From: Chiloscyllium plagiosum
Lineage: Eukaryota
Assembly: GCF_004010195.1 (NCBI RefSeq)
Contig: NC_057719.1
Span: 14,890,269 to 14,954,268 of the forward strand
Reading direction: 5' to 3'
DNA length: 64,000 bases
Positions 26,520 to 40,049 of the stretch are shown piece by piece. A program made the position numbers and the translations under genes. Position 1 is the first letter of the stretch, and the number at the start of each line of letters is the position of its first letter. The notes beneath the pieces were generated by a model that had not been told where the DNA came from, did not search any database, and was given only the letters and a program-made list of their open reading frames with translations.

Positions 26520-27200
26520 CAAACAAAGAGCAAAGAACAGGACAACACAGAAACAGGCCCAACAGCACATCAAGACAGTGCTGACACATGATGCTTTTTG
26601 AAACTAAAACTCTTTTGCCTCTACAACATCCATACCTCTCTATTCCCTGTCAATTCATGCACCTGTCAAGGTGCTTTTTAAGTACTGCTATTGTATGCAC
26701 CTCCACCACCTCCTCTGGCAGCTCATTCCAAGTACTTACCACCCTCTGTGTAAAATACCTGTCTCTCACATCTCCTTTAAACTTCCTCCTTTCACTTTTA
26801 GCCTATGTCCTGTAGTTAATGACATTTCGACCCTGGGAAAAAAGACTCTGACCATCCATTCAATCCACCCTGCTCTTAATTTTATAAACTTCTATCAGGT
26901 CAGCCCATATCCTTCAACATTCAAGTGAAAACAAATCAACCAATCAGTCCTAATAGCGAATGCCCTCCAAACGAGACAACCTCCTGGTAAACTCTTTCTG
27001 TATCCTCTCCAAAGCCTCCACATTCTTCTGGTAGTTTTGAGACCAGAACTGTACACAATATTTCAAATGTGGTCAAGCTGAAGTTTTATACAGCTGCAAC
27101 ATGACTTGCCAATTTTATACTCTATGCCCCAACCAATGAAGGCAAGCATGTACCTTCTTGATCACTTTATACACTTGTGTTAGGGAATTGTGGACCTGGA
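26520..27200 (-). mobile_element. CR1 3' fragment
   Basis: CACCACCTCCTCTGGCAGCTCATTCCA...GACCAGAACTGTACACAATA. Confidence 0.85.
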
Positions 27201-28851
27201 TGTTATGCCGACCTTTTATCCCACTCTGAGATCAGAGTAACCAACATATACTTCATTTGCTATCATCCATGTGTCTATCCAAGAGTCGCTTAAATATCCC
27301 TAATGTATCTGACTCTATTACCACTGCTGGCAGTGCATTCCATGCACTCACCACTCTCTGAGTAAAGAACCTACCTCTGATATCTCCCTTAAAGTTTCTT
27401 CCAATCACCTTAAAATTATGCCCCATCTTAATAGCCATTTCTACCCTGGGAAAAAGTTTCTGGCCATCCACTCTATCTATGCCTCTCATCATCTTGTACA
27501 CCTCTATCAAAGTCACTTTTCATCCTTCTTCGCTTCAATGAGAAAAGCCCTAGCTGCCTCGAGCTTTCCTCATAAGACATGCCCTCCTGTCCAGGCAGCA
27601 TCCTGGTAAATCTCCTCTGCATGCTCTCTAAAGCTTCCATGTCATTCCTTTAATGAGGTGACCAGAATCGAAAACAATAATTTAAGAGTGGTCTAAGCAG
27701 GGCTTTATAGAGCTGCAGCATAACCTCGCAGCTCTTAAACCCCTGCTAATGAAAGCCAGCACACCAAAAGCCTTCTTACAACCCTGATAGGGTGGCAACT
27801 TTGAGGGATCAATGGATGTTGACCCCAAGATCCCTCTGTTCCTCCACACTGCCAAAAATCCTGCCTTTAATTCTGTAATCTGCACTCAAATTTGGCCTTC
27901 CGAAATGAATCACTTCACATTTTTCTAAGTTGAACTCGATCTGCCAATTCTCAGCCCAGTTCTGCATCCTATCAATGTTCCATTGCAACCTACAACAATC
28001 CTCCACACTATCCACAACTCCACCAACTTTCATGTCATAGCAAACTTATGAACCCACCCTTCCACTTCCTCATCCAACTCATTTATAAAAATCACAAACA
28101 ACAGAGGTCCCAGAATAGACCTCTGCGGAACACCACTGGTCTGAGAGCTCCAGGCTGAATACTTTCCATCTATTACCACCTTCTGTCTTCAATCGCCAGC
28201 CAATTCTGTATCCAGACAGCCAAATTTCCCTGTATCCCATGCTTCCTGACTTTCTGAATGAGCCTACCATGGGGAATCTTATCAAACACCTTGCTAAAAT
28301 CCATATGTGATCCATGCTTCCTCAACCTTAAGTAAGCTTTCTTGTTCCTCTTGACCAGATGTTCCACATCTCTTGTCAGCCTACCATTCCTTCTTTGTCT
28401 CAGTGGGACAAACCTATCCAGTACTCCACATTTCTGTCATGCATTTCCCTGAGAACATTTGTTCCCAATTTCTCTACAGTTCCTGCCTAATAGCATTGTA
28501 ATTCCCCCTCCCCTAATTAACTACTTTCCCATACCATCTGCTCCTATCCCTCTCCATAAGTATAGCAAAGATCAGGGAGTTGTGATCACTACCACCAAAA
28601 TGGTCACTGACTGAAAGATCTGACACCTGACCTGGTTTGTTGCCAAGCACCAAATCCAATATGGCCTCCCGTATAGTCAACCTATTTACATATTGGACAC
28701 ACCTGACAAAATCTGCTGCATCCAAACTATTTGCACTAAGGAGGCTCCAATTAGGGAAGTTGAAGTCATTCAGGCAACAACCCTGTTACTTCTGCAGCTT
28801 TCCAAAATCCGCCTCCCGATCTGCTCAGTGTCTCTGTTGCTATTGGGGTGG

Positions 28852-31138
28852 TCATAGGGTCATAGAGTCACAGAGATTAACAGCATGGAAACAGACTCTT
28901 CGGTCCAACTCGTCCATGCCGAACAGATATCCCAATCCAATCTAGTCCCACCTGCCAGCACCCGACCCATATCCCTCCAAACTCTTCCTATTCATATACC
29001 TATCCAAATGCCTTTTAAATGTTGCAATTGTACCAGCCTCCACCACTTCCTCTGGCAGCTCATTCCATACACATACCACCCTCTGTGTGAAAAAGTTGCC
29101 CCTTAGGTCTCTTTTATATCTTTCCCCTCTCACCTTAAACCTATGCCCTCTAGTTCTGGAATCTCCGACCCCAGGGAAAAAAAATTGTCTATTTACCCTA
29201 TCCATGCGCCCTATCATTTTGTAAACCTCTATAAGGTCACCCCTCAGCCTCCGGCACTCCAGAGAAAACAGCCCCAGCCTGTTCAGCCTCTCCCTATAGC
29301 TCAAATCCTCCAACCCTGGCAACATCCTTGTAAATCTTTTCTGAACCCTTTCAATTTTCACAACATCTTTCCGATAGGAAGGAGACCAGAATTGCACGCA
29401 ACTTTCTAACAATGGCCTAACCAATGACCTGTACAGCCGCAACATGACCTCCCAACTCCTGTACTCAATACTCTGACCAATAAAGGGAAGCATACCAAAT
29501 GCCTTCTTCACTATACTATCTACTTGCGATTCCACTTTCAAGTAGCTATGAACCTGTACTCCAAGGTCTCTTTGTTCAGCAACACTCCCTAGGACCTTCC
29601 CATTAAGTGTATAAGTCATGCTAAGATTTGCTTTCTCAAAATGCAGCACCTCGCATTTTTCTGAATTAAACTCCACCTGTCACTCCTCAGCCCACTAGCC
29701 CATCTGGTCAATATCCTGTTGTAATCTGAGGTCGCTGTCCACTACACCTCCAATTTTGGTGTCATCTGCAAATTCACTAATTGTACCTCTTATGCTCGCA
29801 TCCAAATCATTTATGTAAATGACAAAAAGTAGAGGACCCAGCACTAATCCTTGTGGCACTGCACCGGTCACAAGCCTCCAGTCTGAAAAACAACCCTCCA
29901 CCACCACCCTCTGTCTTCTACCTTTGAGCCAGTTCTGTATCCAAATGGCTAGTTCTCCCTGTATTCTATGAAATCTAACCTTGCTAATCAGTCTCCCATG
30001 GGAAACCTTGTTGAACGGCCTTACTGAAGTCCATAAACATCAATCTACCACTCTGCCCTCATCAATCCTCTTTGTTACTTCTTCAAAAAACTCAATCAAG
30101 TTTGTGAGACATGATTTCCCATGCACAAAGCCATACTGACTATAACTAATCCGTCCTTGCCTTTCCAAACACATGTACATCTTGTCCCTCAGGATTCCCT
30201 CCAACAACTTGCCCACCACCGATGTCAGGCTCATTGGTCTCTAGTTCCCTGGCTTGTCCTTACCAACCTTCTTAAACAGTGGCACCACGTTTGCCAGCCT
30301 CCAGTCTTCCGGCACCTCACCTGTGACTATCGATGATACAAATATCTCAGCAAGAGGCCCATCAATCACTTCTCTAGCTTCCCACAGAGTTCTATGGTAC
30401 ACCTGATCAGGTCTGGGGATTTAGCCACCTTTATGCATTTCAAGACATCCAGCACTTCCACCTCTCTAATATGGACACTTTGAAAGATGTCACCACCTAT
30501 TTTCTTACATTCTATATCTTCCATATCCTTTTCCACAGTAATTACTGATGTAAAATACTTATTTATTACCTCCCCCATTTTCTGCGGCTCCACACAAAGG
30601 CTGCCTTGCTGACCTTTGAGGGGCCCTATTCTCTGAGGAGAAAGTGAGGACTGCAGATGCTGGAGATCAGAGCTGAAAATGTGTTGCTGGAAAAGCGCAG
30701 CAGGTCAGGCAGCATCCAGGGAACAGGAGAATCGACGTTTCGGGCATAAGCCCTTCTTCGGGCCCTATTCTCTCCCTAGTTACCCTTTTGTCCTTAATGT
30801 ATTTGTAAAAACCCTTTGGATTCTCCTTAATTCTATTTGCCAAAGCTATCCCATGTCCCCTTTTTGTCCTCCTGATTTCCCTCTTAAGTATACTCCTACT
30901 GCCTTTATACTCCAAGGATTCACTCGATCTCTCCTGTCTATACCTTACATATGCTTCCTTCTTTTTCTTAACCAAATCTTCAATTTTTGCAGTCATCCAG
31001 CATTCCCTATAACTACCAGCCTTTCCTTTCACCCTAAAAGGAATATAATTTCTCTGGATTCTTGTTATCTCATTTCTGAAGACTTCCTATTTTCCAGCCG
31101 TCCCTTTACCTGTGAACATCTGGCCCCAATCAGCTTTT
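28852..31138 (-). mobile_element. Younger 5'-truncated CR1 (HER1-like) ORF2
   Basis: 244-aa ORF at 28942-29676; [41 protein letters not shown]. Confidence 0.95.
30635..30759 (-). mobile_element. Family A hammerhead-bearing short element inserted in CR1
   Basis: Perfect 14-bp TSD GGGCCCTATTCTCT at 30621-30634 and 30760-30773. Confidence 0.92.
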
Positions 31139-32574
31139 GGCCGATAGAAAACTCCCAATAAAGTGACTGCTCCTTTCCTGTTTCTGACTTCTACGCATAG
31201 TGACTCAGTCGATAAACCCTCCTCTACGACCTCCCTTGCTGCAGCTGTGATACTATCCCTGATCAGCAATGCCACTCCCTCATCTCTTTTACTTCCTTTC
31301 CTATTTCTTTCAAAACAGCTAAACCTCAGAACAACCATTCCTGCCCCTGTGATATCCAAGTCTCTGTAATGGCCACAGCATTGTAGCTCCAAGCACTGAT
31401 CCATGCTCTAAGTTCATCACCTTTATTCCTGACACTTTTTCCGTTAAAATAGACGCACATCAATCCATCACACTGCCCTATCAACTGTCTATCCCTCCTC
31501 ACAGACTTTCTGCATGCTGTATCTGCCTGTTCACCAGCTATCCCATCCTCTGATCCATAGCTCCAGTTCCCATCGCCCTCCTGAAGAAGTCGAGCAAACA
31601 TCCTGCTCAGGATATTGGTGCCCCTCCAATTCATGTGCAGCCCCTTGTACAGGTTCCACCTTCCCCAGAAGGTATCCCAATGATCCACATATCTGAAGCT
31701 CTCCCTCCTTCATCAGGCCTGCAGTCACGAGTTTCAGCTGCACTCGCTCTCTATTCCAAGCATCACTAGCCCATGGCTTCGGTAGCAATCCTAAGATTAC
31801 TACACTGCTTATCCTGTGTTTTAACTTCTAACCTAACTCCCTTAATTCACTTTTCAAGTCCTCATCCCTTTTCCTAGCTATCTCATTGGTACCAATGTGT
31901 ACCACAACCTCTGGCTGCTCACCCTCCCTTTTAAGAATCCCGTAGACTCGATCCGAGACATCACTGACCCTGGCACTATATCATCCGGGTGTCTCATTTG
32001 CGACCACAGAATCTCCTGTTTGTTCCTCTAACCAATGAATCTCCAATCACTATTGCTCTCCTATCCTCCCCCTCTTCTCCTCTGAGCCACAGAACCAGGC
32101 TCAGTGCCAAAGACCTGACCACTGTGGCTTTCCCCTGATGGGTCATCCCCCCAATAGTATCCAAAACAGTATATTTAATATTGAGGTGAACAGCCACAGG
32201 GGATCCCAGCACTGTCTGCCTATTCCCTTTTCATCTCCTGACAGTCACCCAGCAACTGCCCTAGCTTCCATTTCCTCTGCTCTAAATTTCCAAAAGAGAT
32301 TTTTAAAAAACCCTTATCTTACCAACCCTCCACACAGAGTTTTTTTGTTTGGTTAGAGGAGGAGGATGGGTGGGAGGTACTACACGCGTAATGTTTCGGG
32401 TTTAACTACTGCCCGAATCTATTAGTTCACTTACCAGCTGTCCCCATGTTGGCTTCTGCTCCTGTTCAGCCTTCACTTCACCGATTCATGAGGTAAGTCT
32501 TTTCTAATCAAATTTACCTTCCCTGCTCTCCGCTGGCTCTCCCGCTGTTGAAATGGAGGCTATTAATACTGCTA

Positions 32575-33113
32575 AGAATTCTTTTTTACCTGCATGACCT
32601 GATATTTGTTTGGATTAAATTCCATTTGCCATTTCTCTGTCCATGTCTCCAGCTTATCTCTATTCTTCTGTATCCTTTGGCAATCCTCCTCACCATCCGC
32701 AGATCCCCCAATTTTTGTGTCAGACCGAGCTTACCTATCAGACTACCAATATTCTCCTCCAACTCACTCATCTGTACATTCCTAACAACAGGAATCCCAG
32801 CACTGATCCCTGTGGAATACCACTAGTCGCAGACCTTCAGTCAGAAAAACATCCTTCCACCATTACTCTCTGTCTACTATGACTATGTATCTATGACACC
32901 GCTCACAATGGGTCCCATGTGACCTCACGTACTATATCATCTTGTCATATCAAAGGTCATGTTAAAGTCCATGTAGACAACATCTACTATCCTGCACTCA
33001 TCAATCATCTTTATGACTTCCTGAAAAAACTCAAAGAAGTTTGTGAAACACGACCTCCCCCACACAAACCCATGCTGCCTATCACAAATAAGTTCATATT
33101 TTTCCAAACATGG
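32575..33113 (-). mobile_element. Old CR1 RT fragment
   Basis: Degenerate SGIPQGSVLG and CFTNFFEFFQEV motifs. Confidence 0.8.
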
Positions 33114-33245
33114 GAAAAGAGAAAGACTCCTTTGAGCCAGTAGAAAGATCTTAAAAAAGAGAGCAAAACAAATTTCAACTTGTTTACCAGCATTTTCTAT
33201 TATACAGACTCAAGTTTGAAGAATCTAATCTAATCTAATCAGAGA

Positions 33246-33350
33246 ATGGGTCTGCGTGGGTTGCTCTTCGGAGGGTCGGTGTGGACTTGTTGGGCTGAAG
33301 GGCCTGTTTCCACACTGTAAGTAATCTAATCTAATCTGTAATCTAATCTA
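33246..33350 (+). mobile_element. HE1 3' fragment with (AATCT)n tail
   Basis: GGACTTGTTGGGCTGAAGGGCCTGTTTCCACACTGTAA. Confidence 0.85.
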
Positions 33351-34235
33351 AAGAAATTATGCCTCAACTTCAGTCTCTTAAGTCTCTGCTTAACTAACTC
33401 TCAGTTTCTTTGCCATGGATTGAAAATTCAATTCAATGAGTCTGATAATATGAACTTCTCACAAAGCTGAGAGTTTACAGTTTTAATTTTTTAATAACCT
33501 GCAGATTTCCAACCAAACATATCTGATTTAGAAGCTTTGCAAACTGGATTTTTCTGCTGATTCCCTGAATTGAACTTTTAGGAGAGAAACTAAATTTGCT
33601 TCTAAACTCAACTGTGATGTCTTCGAAACTGAACTGAAATCTAAGTAAATGGCCTCACATGTTTACTCTACCTGTCATAAATACAAAAATATAAACATCT
33701 GCCCATTAATACCACAGGGGTCTGCAATGATCTGTATGACAAACACTGAATTTAATCTCTGTCCCAGAAGGACTCTATGACCATTCTAATTAAAAAACAT
33801 TTTTGCACAGAAATAAGCTACAGCTTTTTGTCTCTAATTTGAAAGCTAAATTCAAAGAAAATGATATTTATATATAAATCATAGCAGGGACAGTGAAACT
33901 TAGTGTCACACATCAATGGAATAAACTTAAAAGCTCCTAAATGACCATTAAGGGCTATTTAACTACCATGATCTAATTATTACAAACTATTTTTCTTTTT
34001 AAAATAATTTTTAAAATGTAAAACAAAACTGGCAGCAACTGTCTATAATTATTTAAAAAAACACAACTCTGCTAGACTGTCTTGATTATGAGGACAGATG
34101 TGTAACATGGATTTAAGCAATTTCAATAGAATTATCTGTTGACACTTCCTTAAGGGGCATCCATTATGAATGTTAGGTGAGTTTTTGAAGCTAAAACAGG
34201 TTATTAAAGGATTAGGGCTATGAACAGAAATTCAC

Positions 34236-34372
34236 CTATTTGTATAAGAAATTATCCACTTGAAGCAATCTAAAAACGTTGATGCATTTGCGATTGGGAA
34301 CTTTTCACTATAAATTCTTTGTGGTGATTTACCAAATTTTGTTTCTTTTCCACATGGTTCATGAAGTCTACC
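34236..34372 (-). CDS. Candidate 137-nt exon (GRLHEPCG...CFKWIISYTN)
   Basis: Acceptor TTTCCACCAAG, donor AG|GTGAAT, open frame, phase 0 to 2. Splice sites are only moderate. Confidence 0.25.
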
Positions 34373-35146
34373 CTTGGTGGAAACCAAGTGACTTGGCATT
34401 GAATAGGCATAGGAGTTTGAGGAGCCATGATGGCTGGGTGAGGGTCATGAGTTAGCATTGAGTTGACATGGGGAGTTTGAGGTGCCATGGGGGAATGGGT
34501 GAGAGTGGGCAGGTGTGATGGGTAAGTGCTAGAGTACCTAAAGGTTTCCGAAGCAACTGAGACCAAGTCCCAGAGATCCACAGCAGGGCTTTTAACCATC
34601 TTGACTCTCATAGACTTCACATCCTCTAAGCAACTTTTTTCTCGTTGTGTGGATGCCAAACCATCCGAAAACCACAGTCCCCTAAAGTGGAAATCACATG
34701 ATTGGAAGTACATTTTATCAAAGTGAATTCATCAAACTAAGAAATCCTCCAACTTGAGGAATTTTCTGTGGTAGCCAATTTCTGGTCCTATGACTTTACC
34801 ATCGCTTCACAGAGTAAAGATGTTAGATTTGTATTTAAACAGCAGAATTGCTGCACCCTCCTTTAGATGGCCAGACATACTCAAGCAGAAGTTGACCTTT
34901 GGAATCAAAATTTTTAAGCCAAAGATTAGAGGTCAATTTATACAAAAACTATATTGAGGGATTACGCATGAAAATTGTGCATGTTCTTGGTCATGACAAC
35001 ACAGTGCAAGACTTTAGCCCTATCTGTGTTTTATGGTTGGGCCAATGGAGTCTGTGAGAACTGATTAACAGCATTTTGGTGAGACCTGGTTTATTCCCTC
35101 AGGCTATCTCCCACTCTCTGCTTCAATGCTCAACTCTTCCACTAGC

Positions 35147-35292
35147 ATGGGGGAGTGGTGGCATACCGGTGATAATATCACGAGACAAATAATCCATAGT
35201 TTGAGGTTAATATTCGATGGACATGAGTTCACTCCCCCACAATTGCATATAGTGAAATTTGAATTCAATAAAAAGTGGAATTAGAAACTAAT
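35147..35292 (+). mobile_element. Decayed 5' part of the same SINE family that seeded the satellite
   Basis: GTGGCATACCGGTG..ATCAC..TAATCC..GGTTAATATTC..GAGTTCACTCCC..GTGAAATTTGAATTCAATAAAAA. Confidence 0.65.
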
Positions 35293-35758
35293 TTTGTCAG
35301 TTGCACATGCCAGGTACCTCACCCTTATTCAGTTCCCATGGAGTGCAGCTTGAGACTTTGGTAACAGGTATCCAAGATGGTGGCCCAGAGGAATAAATGG
35401 TGAATTGGCATCACCAGTACCTGCTATGACTTTTATGACCAGGAATGTTTGGCACCCAGTTTCTATCCAGCAGGGAGTAGAATAAGAGAATGCACATTCA
35501 TGAGATAACACTAAGCAATAATGAAGTTGATAATGAACAATAATCCCAGTTAATAGGTTTCTCGCTGCTCAACAGCAGGAATCTCGTCTAGACATCCGGA
35601 ACATAGGATCTAAGTATCTGGTTGCTTTCTTTAGCCCAGAACATTTTATATTCGTGGACTGGTGCCTTTTCATTTCTTAATCGATTGTTAATCTTGAGAC
35701 TGGCAGGTCCAGTAAAATGAAACACTCAAAAGCTTGGAGCTTTCTTAGAGCTGCTTAC

Positions 35759-35827
35759 TTGGAGCTTGGCTGGGCATGTAGCATAAATCCCATCCAGTGG
35801 AGATATGCCAGACGAGCAGGACCTAAT
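35759..35827 (-). CDS. Candidate 69-nt exon (IRSCSSGISPLDGIYATCPAKLQ, or alternative frame LGPARLAYLHWMGFMLHAQPSS)
   Basis: Acceptor ATTTCTTCAG, donor GTAAGC, length divisible by 3. Confidence 0.35.
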
Positions 35828-36336
35828 CTGAAGAAATTCCCAACACATATTCATCGAATAAATATTAGTATAATGCAATCATAAAACTCCTCATATTTCA
35901 GAAGCAGCTCTATGACTACAATGTTGGACACAAACATTATATTTTAAATTAGACACTAATAAAAATGTTTCTCTGTTGTGCTTGTTGCCTCCGTTCACTG
36001 CTCATGCTTTGATTATTTTACTTTTTAAACTAATTTCTGTCCAATATAACTTGATGCATTAATTCTAGTGCACTTGCTAAACTTGCATATCCACCACAAA
36101 TGAGAAATGAGGAGATTTTCCCAACAGAAATTTAACTTCATAGTAATATATTTTACTCTTTCTCAAATTAAATTATTTTCAGTAGCGGGGCCATTGATTT
36201 ATGTCTTGTTTTCTCTCCTTCCCCTGTCTTTGCTATCCAGCACATTCCATGTTTGAGGAAGCTGACTCTCAATCTTTCATTGATGGCAGACTGAGATGAT
36301 CCATTGAATTGAGACACTTCAATAACTCACTTCACC

Positions 36337-36575
36337 ATGGTGGCACGGTGGCTAGCACTGCAGCCTCACCGCGTGAGGGACCTGGGATCTGTGTGGAATT
36401 TGCATGTTCTCCTCATGTCTGTGCTGGTTTCCTCCCACAGTCCAAAGTGTACAGGTTAGGTGAATTGGCCATGCTAAATTGCCTATAGAGTTCAGGAATG
36501 TGTAGGTTAGGTGCATTAGTCAGGGGGAATGGGTCTGGACTTGTTGGGCCTGTTTCCACACTGTAGGGATTCTAT
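36337..36575 (+). mobile_element. Internally deleted HE1 SINE
   Basis: HE1 head, core and tail motifs. Confidence 0.8.
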
Positions 36576-37344
36576 AGAGACTAATCGGGAGAGGAGCAGT
36601 GGGGTATTAAGTTGGAGAAGGGAAATAGTTGAATTTTAATGGAAGCACATTTCTTGTCACTTTATGATAAATTGATCCTTGGAATAACTGGTTTTTATTG
36701 CTTATTTTCATATAATAGTTGACCATTGAGCAGATGGATGCAATTAGTCAATTATGTGCTATTTCAATGTCCATTTGAGAGGTATCCAATTGGTACGGAA
36801 CAGGAGTCCAGTAATGATGCTAAATGTCCTTCCTGAAAGCTCCCTTTTTATGACAAACTAACTACTTCATGGACAATTTCATTGATGTTAATTTATTTTT
36901 TATTTAAACTAAATTCAAATTTTTAAATCACCACTGCAGGAAATTAATTTACTAGATTGCTAGAAATAATCAATTTACCACCCCAGTATTCTGACAATTA
37001 ACGAATAAAAGGAACCCAGTGATTTGAGAAAATTACAAGTAGATAATTCCTGCCCTTCTGAGGTTCAACATTGAAGTGTAACTCTCGCATTCCATCGTCA
37101 CATAGTTGCTTGCAATCTTCATCACTAACTGTTACTGTTTAATTCAATCATAGGAGAAAGAATAAAATAAATTGGAAATAAAAATTTTAGATCGCAGAAT
37201 GACAATTTTGGGGGCAGAAGGGGGCCTGTGTTTGCTTATTAAATGAGCATAGTTACTGGCATTAATCTTCTGCTTTTTACCTAAAACCTTATACATTATT
37301 TTTATCCAAATAATCATCCAAAAACCCTCTTGAATGCCTCAACT

Positions 37345-37820
37345 AGAACATAAAACATAGAACAACACAATGCAGAACAGACCCTCTGGCCCTCAATGTT
37401 ACACCAACCTGTGATCTAATCTAAGCCCATCCTCTCAACACTATCCCATCATTATCCATGTGCTTATCCAAAAACTGTTTAAATGCTCCTAATGTGGCTG
37501 AGTTAACTAGATTGGCAGGCAGGGCACTCCATGCCCTTATCACTCTCTGAGTAAAGAACCTGCCTCTGACATCTGTCTTAAATCTATCACCCATCAATTT
37601 GTAGCTATGCCCCCTTGTACAAGCTGACATCATCATTCTAGGAAAAAGATTCTCACTAATCCTCTGATCATCTTGTATGTCTCTATCAAATCTCCTCTTA
37701 GCCTTCTTTGCTCCAATGAGATCAGACCCAAATCTCTCAGCCTTTCCTCATAAGACCTTCTCTCCAGACCAGGCAACATCCTGGTAAATCTCCTCTGCAC
37801 CTTTTTCAATCCTTCCTGTT
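37345..37820 (-). mobile_element. CR1 3' fragment
   Basis: TRGHSYKL..RFFTQRV..W; (AGAACAT) tail. Confidence 0.88.
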
Positions 37821-38033
37821 TTTTGTTCCGATATTTAAATTAATCTGAAATACATCAATTTTACACATCAACATTTTATAAGTATTAGGTCTCCAATGTA
37901 ATCTGTTACACTTAAAAATGCATCAATGTAGGTTGAAGGCAAGCTGTAAAAAGGTTACCACCTACAACCATTAAAAGCCCTGCTTCAAAATGCTGAAATA
38001 AATGTCCAACTTTTCTATCATTTTTTTCCTCAC

Positions 38034-38125
38034 GATTGCCAAATCAAAAGTTTGTGCAAGTTCAAGTGAATTTGACATTAGAATCAATAATACTGCAGAC
38101 TCCAGAATGCACTGGAGACTAATAT
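38034..38125 (-). CDS. Candidate 92-nt exon (DISLQCILESAVLLILMSNSLELAQTFDLAI)
   Basis: Long pyrimidine-rich tract ending TTCTCAAAAG, donor GTGAGG, single open frame, phase 1 to 0. Confidence 0.35.
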
Positions 38126-38289
38126 CTTTTGAGAATAAATTAAAATGAATACAATGAAGAAATAACTGCTTCTTGACCAATTGAAATTCAGAGTGTAATA
38201 CTTGAAAAAACAGGGTTCTTATAATCTACTTCAACTTTGCCCAAGCATTGAACATCTCATGTAATTTCAACTGTTTGAAGCTGATCTGA

Positions 38290-38930
38290 ATTGTAGCAAA
38301 CTTAAGCAACTGAACTTACTTTCACTACATTTCTGGACGTGCATTCCATACCCTAAATCCTTGCTGAGTGAAAAAGGTTTCTCCTCATTTCACCCTTGTT
38401 TTTTTTGAACACCACTTCAAACCTACCCCTTCTTGTTATGATTCCTTTTAGAAATGGGAACAGCTTTTCTCTATCAGCTAGATACAGATTGTTCATGGTT
38501 TTGGAAACCTCAATGAGATCTTCTCGGAGTCTTCTTCTCTCCAAGGAGAACAGTCCCACATTCTTTCAATCTATCCTCAAAATTAAAGTTCCTCAATTTT
38601 GGAACCAAACTTGTAAAGCACTTCTGCATTTTCTCCAATGGGTTCACATCCTTCCTATAATGTGGCGCATACTGCTATACACAATACTCCAGGTGGGAGT
38701 CTAACAAGTGTCTTATATAAATTCAACATCACCTCCTTGCTCTTGTATTCTATGGCCCTACATTAGAGCTTTCAAGACTGAGACTATTAGACGTTTACTA
38801 AGAAAGGATATCAAAGGACGTAAAGCTAAAGCATATAAGATCGTAAGACCATTTGATGTCCATATAGATCAGCCATGATCTAAGTGAATGATGGAGCAAC
38901 ATAACAGAGTTAAATGGTCCACTCCTGTTT
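38290..38930. mobile_element. Old CR1 fragments in opposite orientations
   Basis: [17 protein letters not shown] on the - strand; 3' UTR remnant on + from ~38765. Confidence 0.75.
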
Positions 38931-39291
38931 TTTTTACCAATATCAATGGATTAGCTTCCACATCCATGACTAAATGCTGGTGAGTGAGTCGACTGATCAA
39001 TGACTAGATTGTTTGCTGGCCGAGAATGTCTTCTGAACTCAGCTTGAAGAAATCCTAATTTGTCATGAGGGCCATGTTTGAATGATAGGCATTGAAGTTC
39101 AGCAGACTTGATTCTAATTGTCTAAACATCAGATCAAGGGATATTCTAGTCTCTATTGAAGTGCAATTGGAAATTAAAATCCCATACCATTTTTATCTAA
39201 ATGCATTGTATTTCTTCTTCCATCCTCAGTAAATTCCTAAATAGTGAATAATATTTTGCCCAGATTACACAATGCGATATGTTTATCTTAC

Positions 39292-39355
39292 CTCGTTTAC
39301 AGCTTAGATTATAAACATTTGACATGTTGGACAGAACATGACTAATTTTTTCAAT
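39292..39355 (-). CDS. Candidate 64-nt exon (IEKISHVLSNMSNVYNLSCKR)
   Basis: Donor GAG|GTAAGA is strong, acceptor TCTTACCCAG is modest; phase 0 to 1. Confidence 0.3.
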
Positions 39356-40049
39356 CTGGGTAAGATGACATCACTGTGACTGGCTTGTTCTCTGTAGTTG
39401 CACTAAGTAATTTGGCTCATAAAAAGAAATAATAAAGCTGTCTTGATATGTGAGCCAAATTTCTATGGAAAGTTCGACAATGCGTAATTACAGAGCACAA
39501 GCTGGACATGGTGAAGTCATCATAAACGAATACACTCGGCCCTCTGTGGTGAAGCAATGCAACGTTGGGAATTTTTTTTGCCACAATGCAACAGAGGGGT
39601 CTCCATATACTTGACCGGAAATCATGTTAGTGAGGATGTGACTGCCTTTTTGTTTTAAAGATGCTTCCTAATCTACTTGTTCTTTAAGATTCTAAGGAGC
39701 GTGACCTATTGCCAATCTTAGCACTAGCTGAAAATAGAGTGCAGTTAATAGCTGAGCAGTAACTTCGATAACCTCCACCTTTTCTCTGAGTAAAGAACTG
39801 GTTTTGATGTGTCAGAAAAATGTAAAATCATTATGACATTGTAATTCCTTCTCACCTACATCCCTGACGTTGGGACATCCTATTGTATTTCTCCCTGTAC
39901 CGCAGTCAAATTGTGAAATCAGGGATCAGGGCTTGATGAGGGTGAGAATGTAAAGCTGCATCAGACTATGAGGATGATAGGGCAAAGATGGAAAGTTTAA
40001 TTATGTTAAGGAGTTTGCAAACAATGTCACTGTGAAATCTATATGTTTG

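Larger units (their letters stand above)
27203..32570 (-). mobile_element. Near full-length decayed CR1 (ORF1 GDSL/SGNH esterase, APE endonuclease, RT) with internal deletions, split by a younger CR1
   Basis: AIVIGDSLVRGT, HWDTFWGRWNLYK..GLHMNWRG, VYFNGKSVRNKGDEL..AITETW, ILDLVLGN, DFSKVFDKIPHGRL. The endonuclease region joins 28851 to 31139. Confidence 0.9.

Noticed and set aside
28942..29676. Longest ORF (244 aa) as a host gene
   Set aside because: It is the C-terminal part of CR1 ORF2; the upstream RT is frameshifted.
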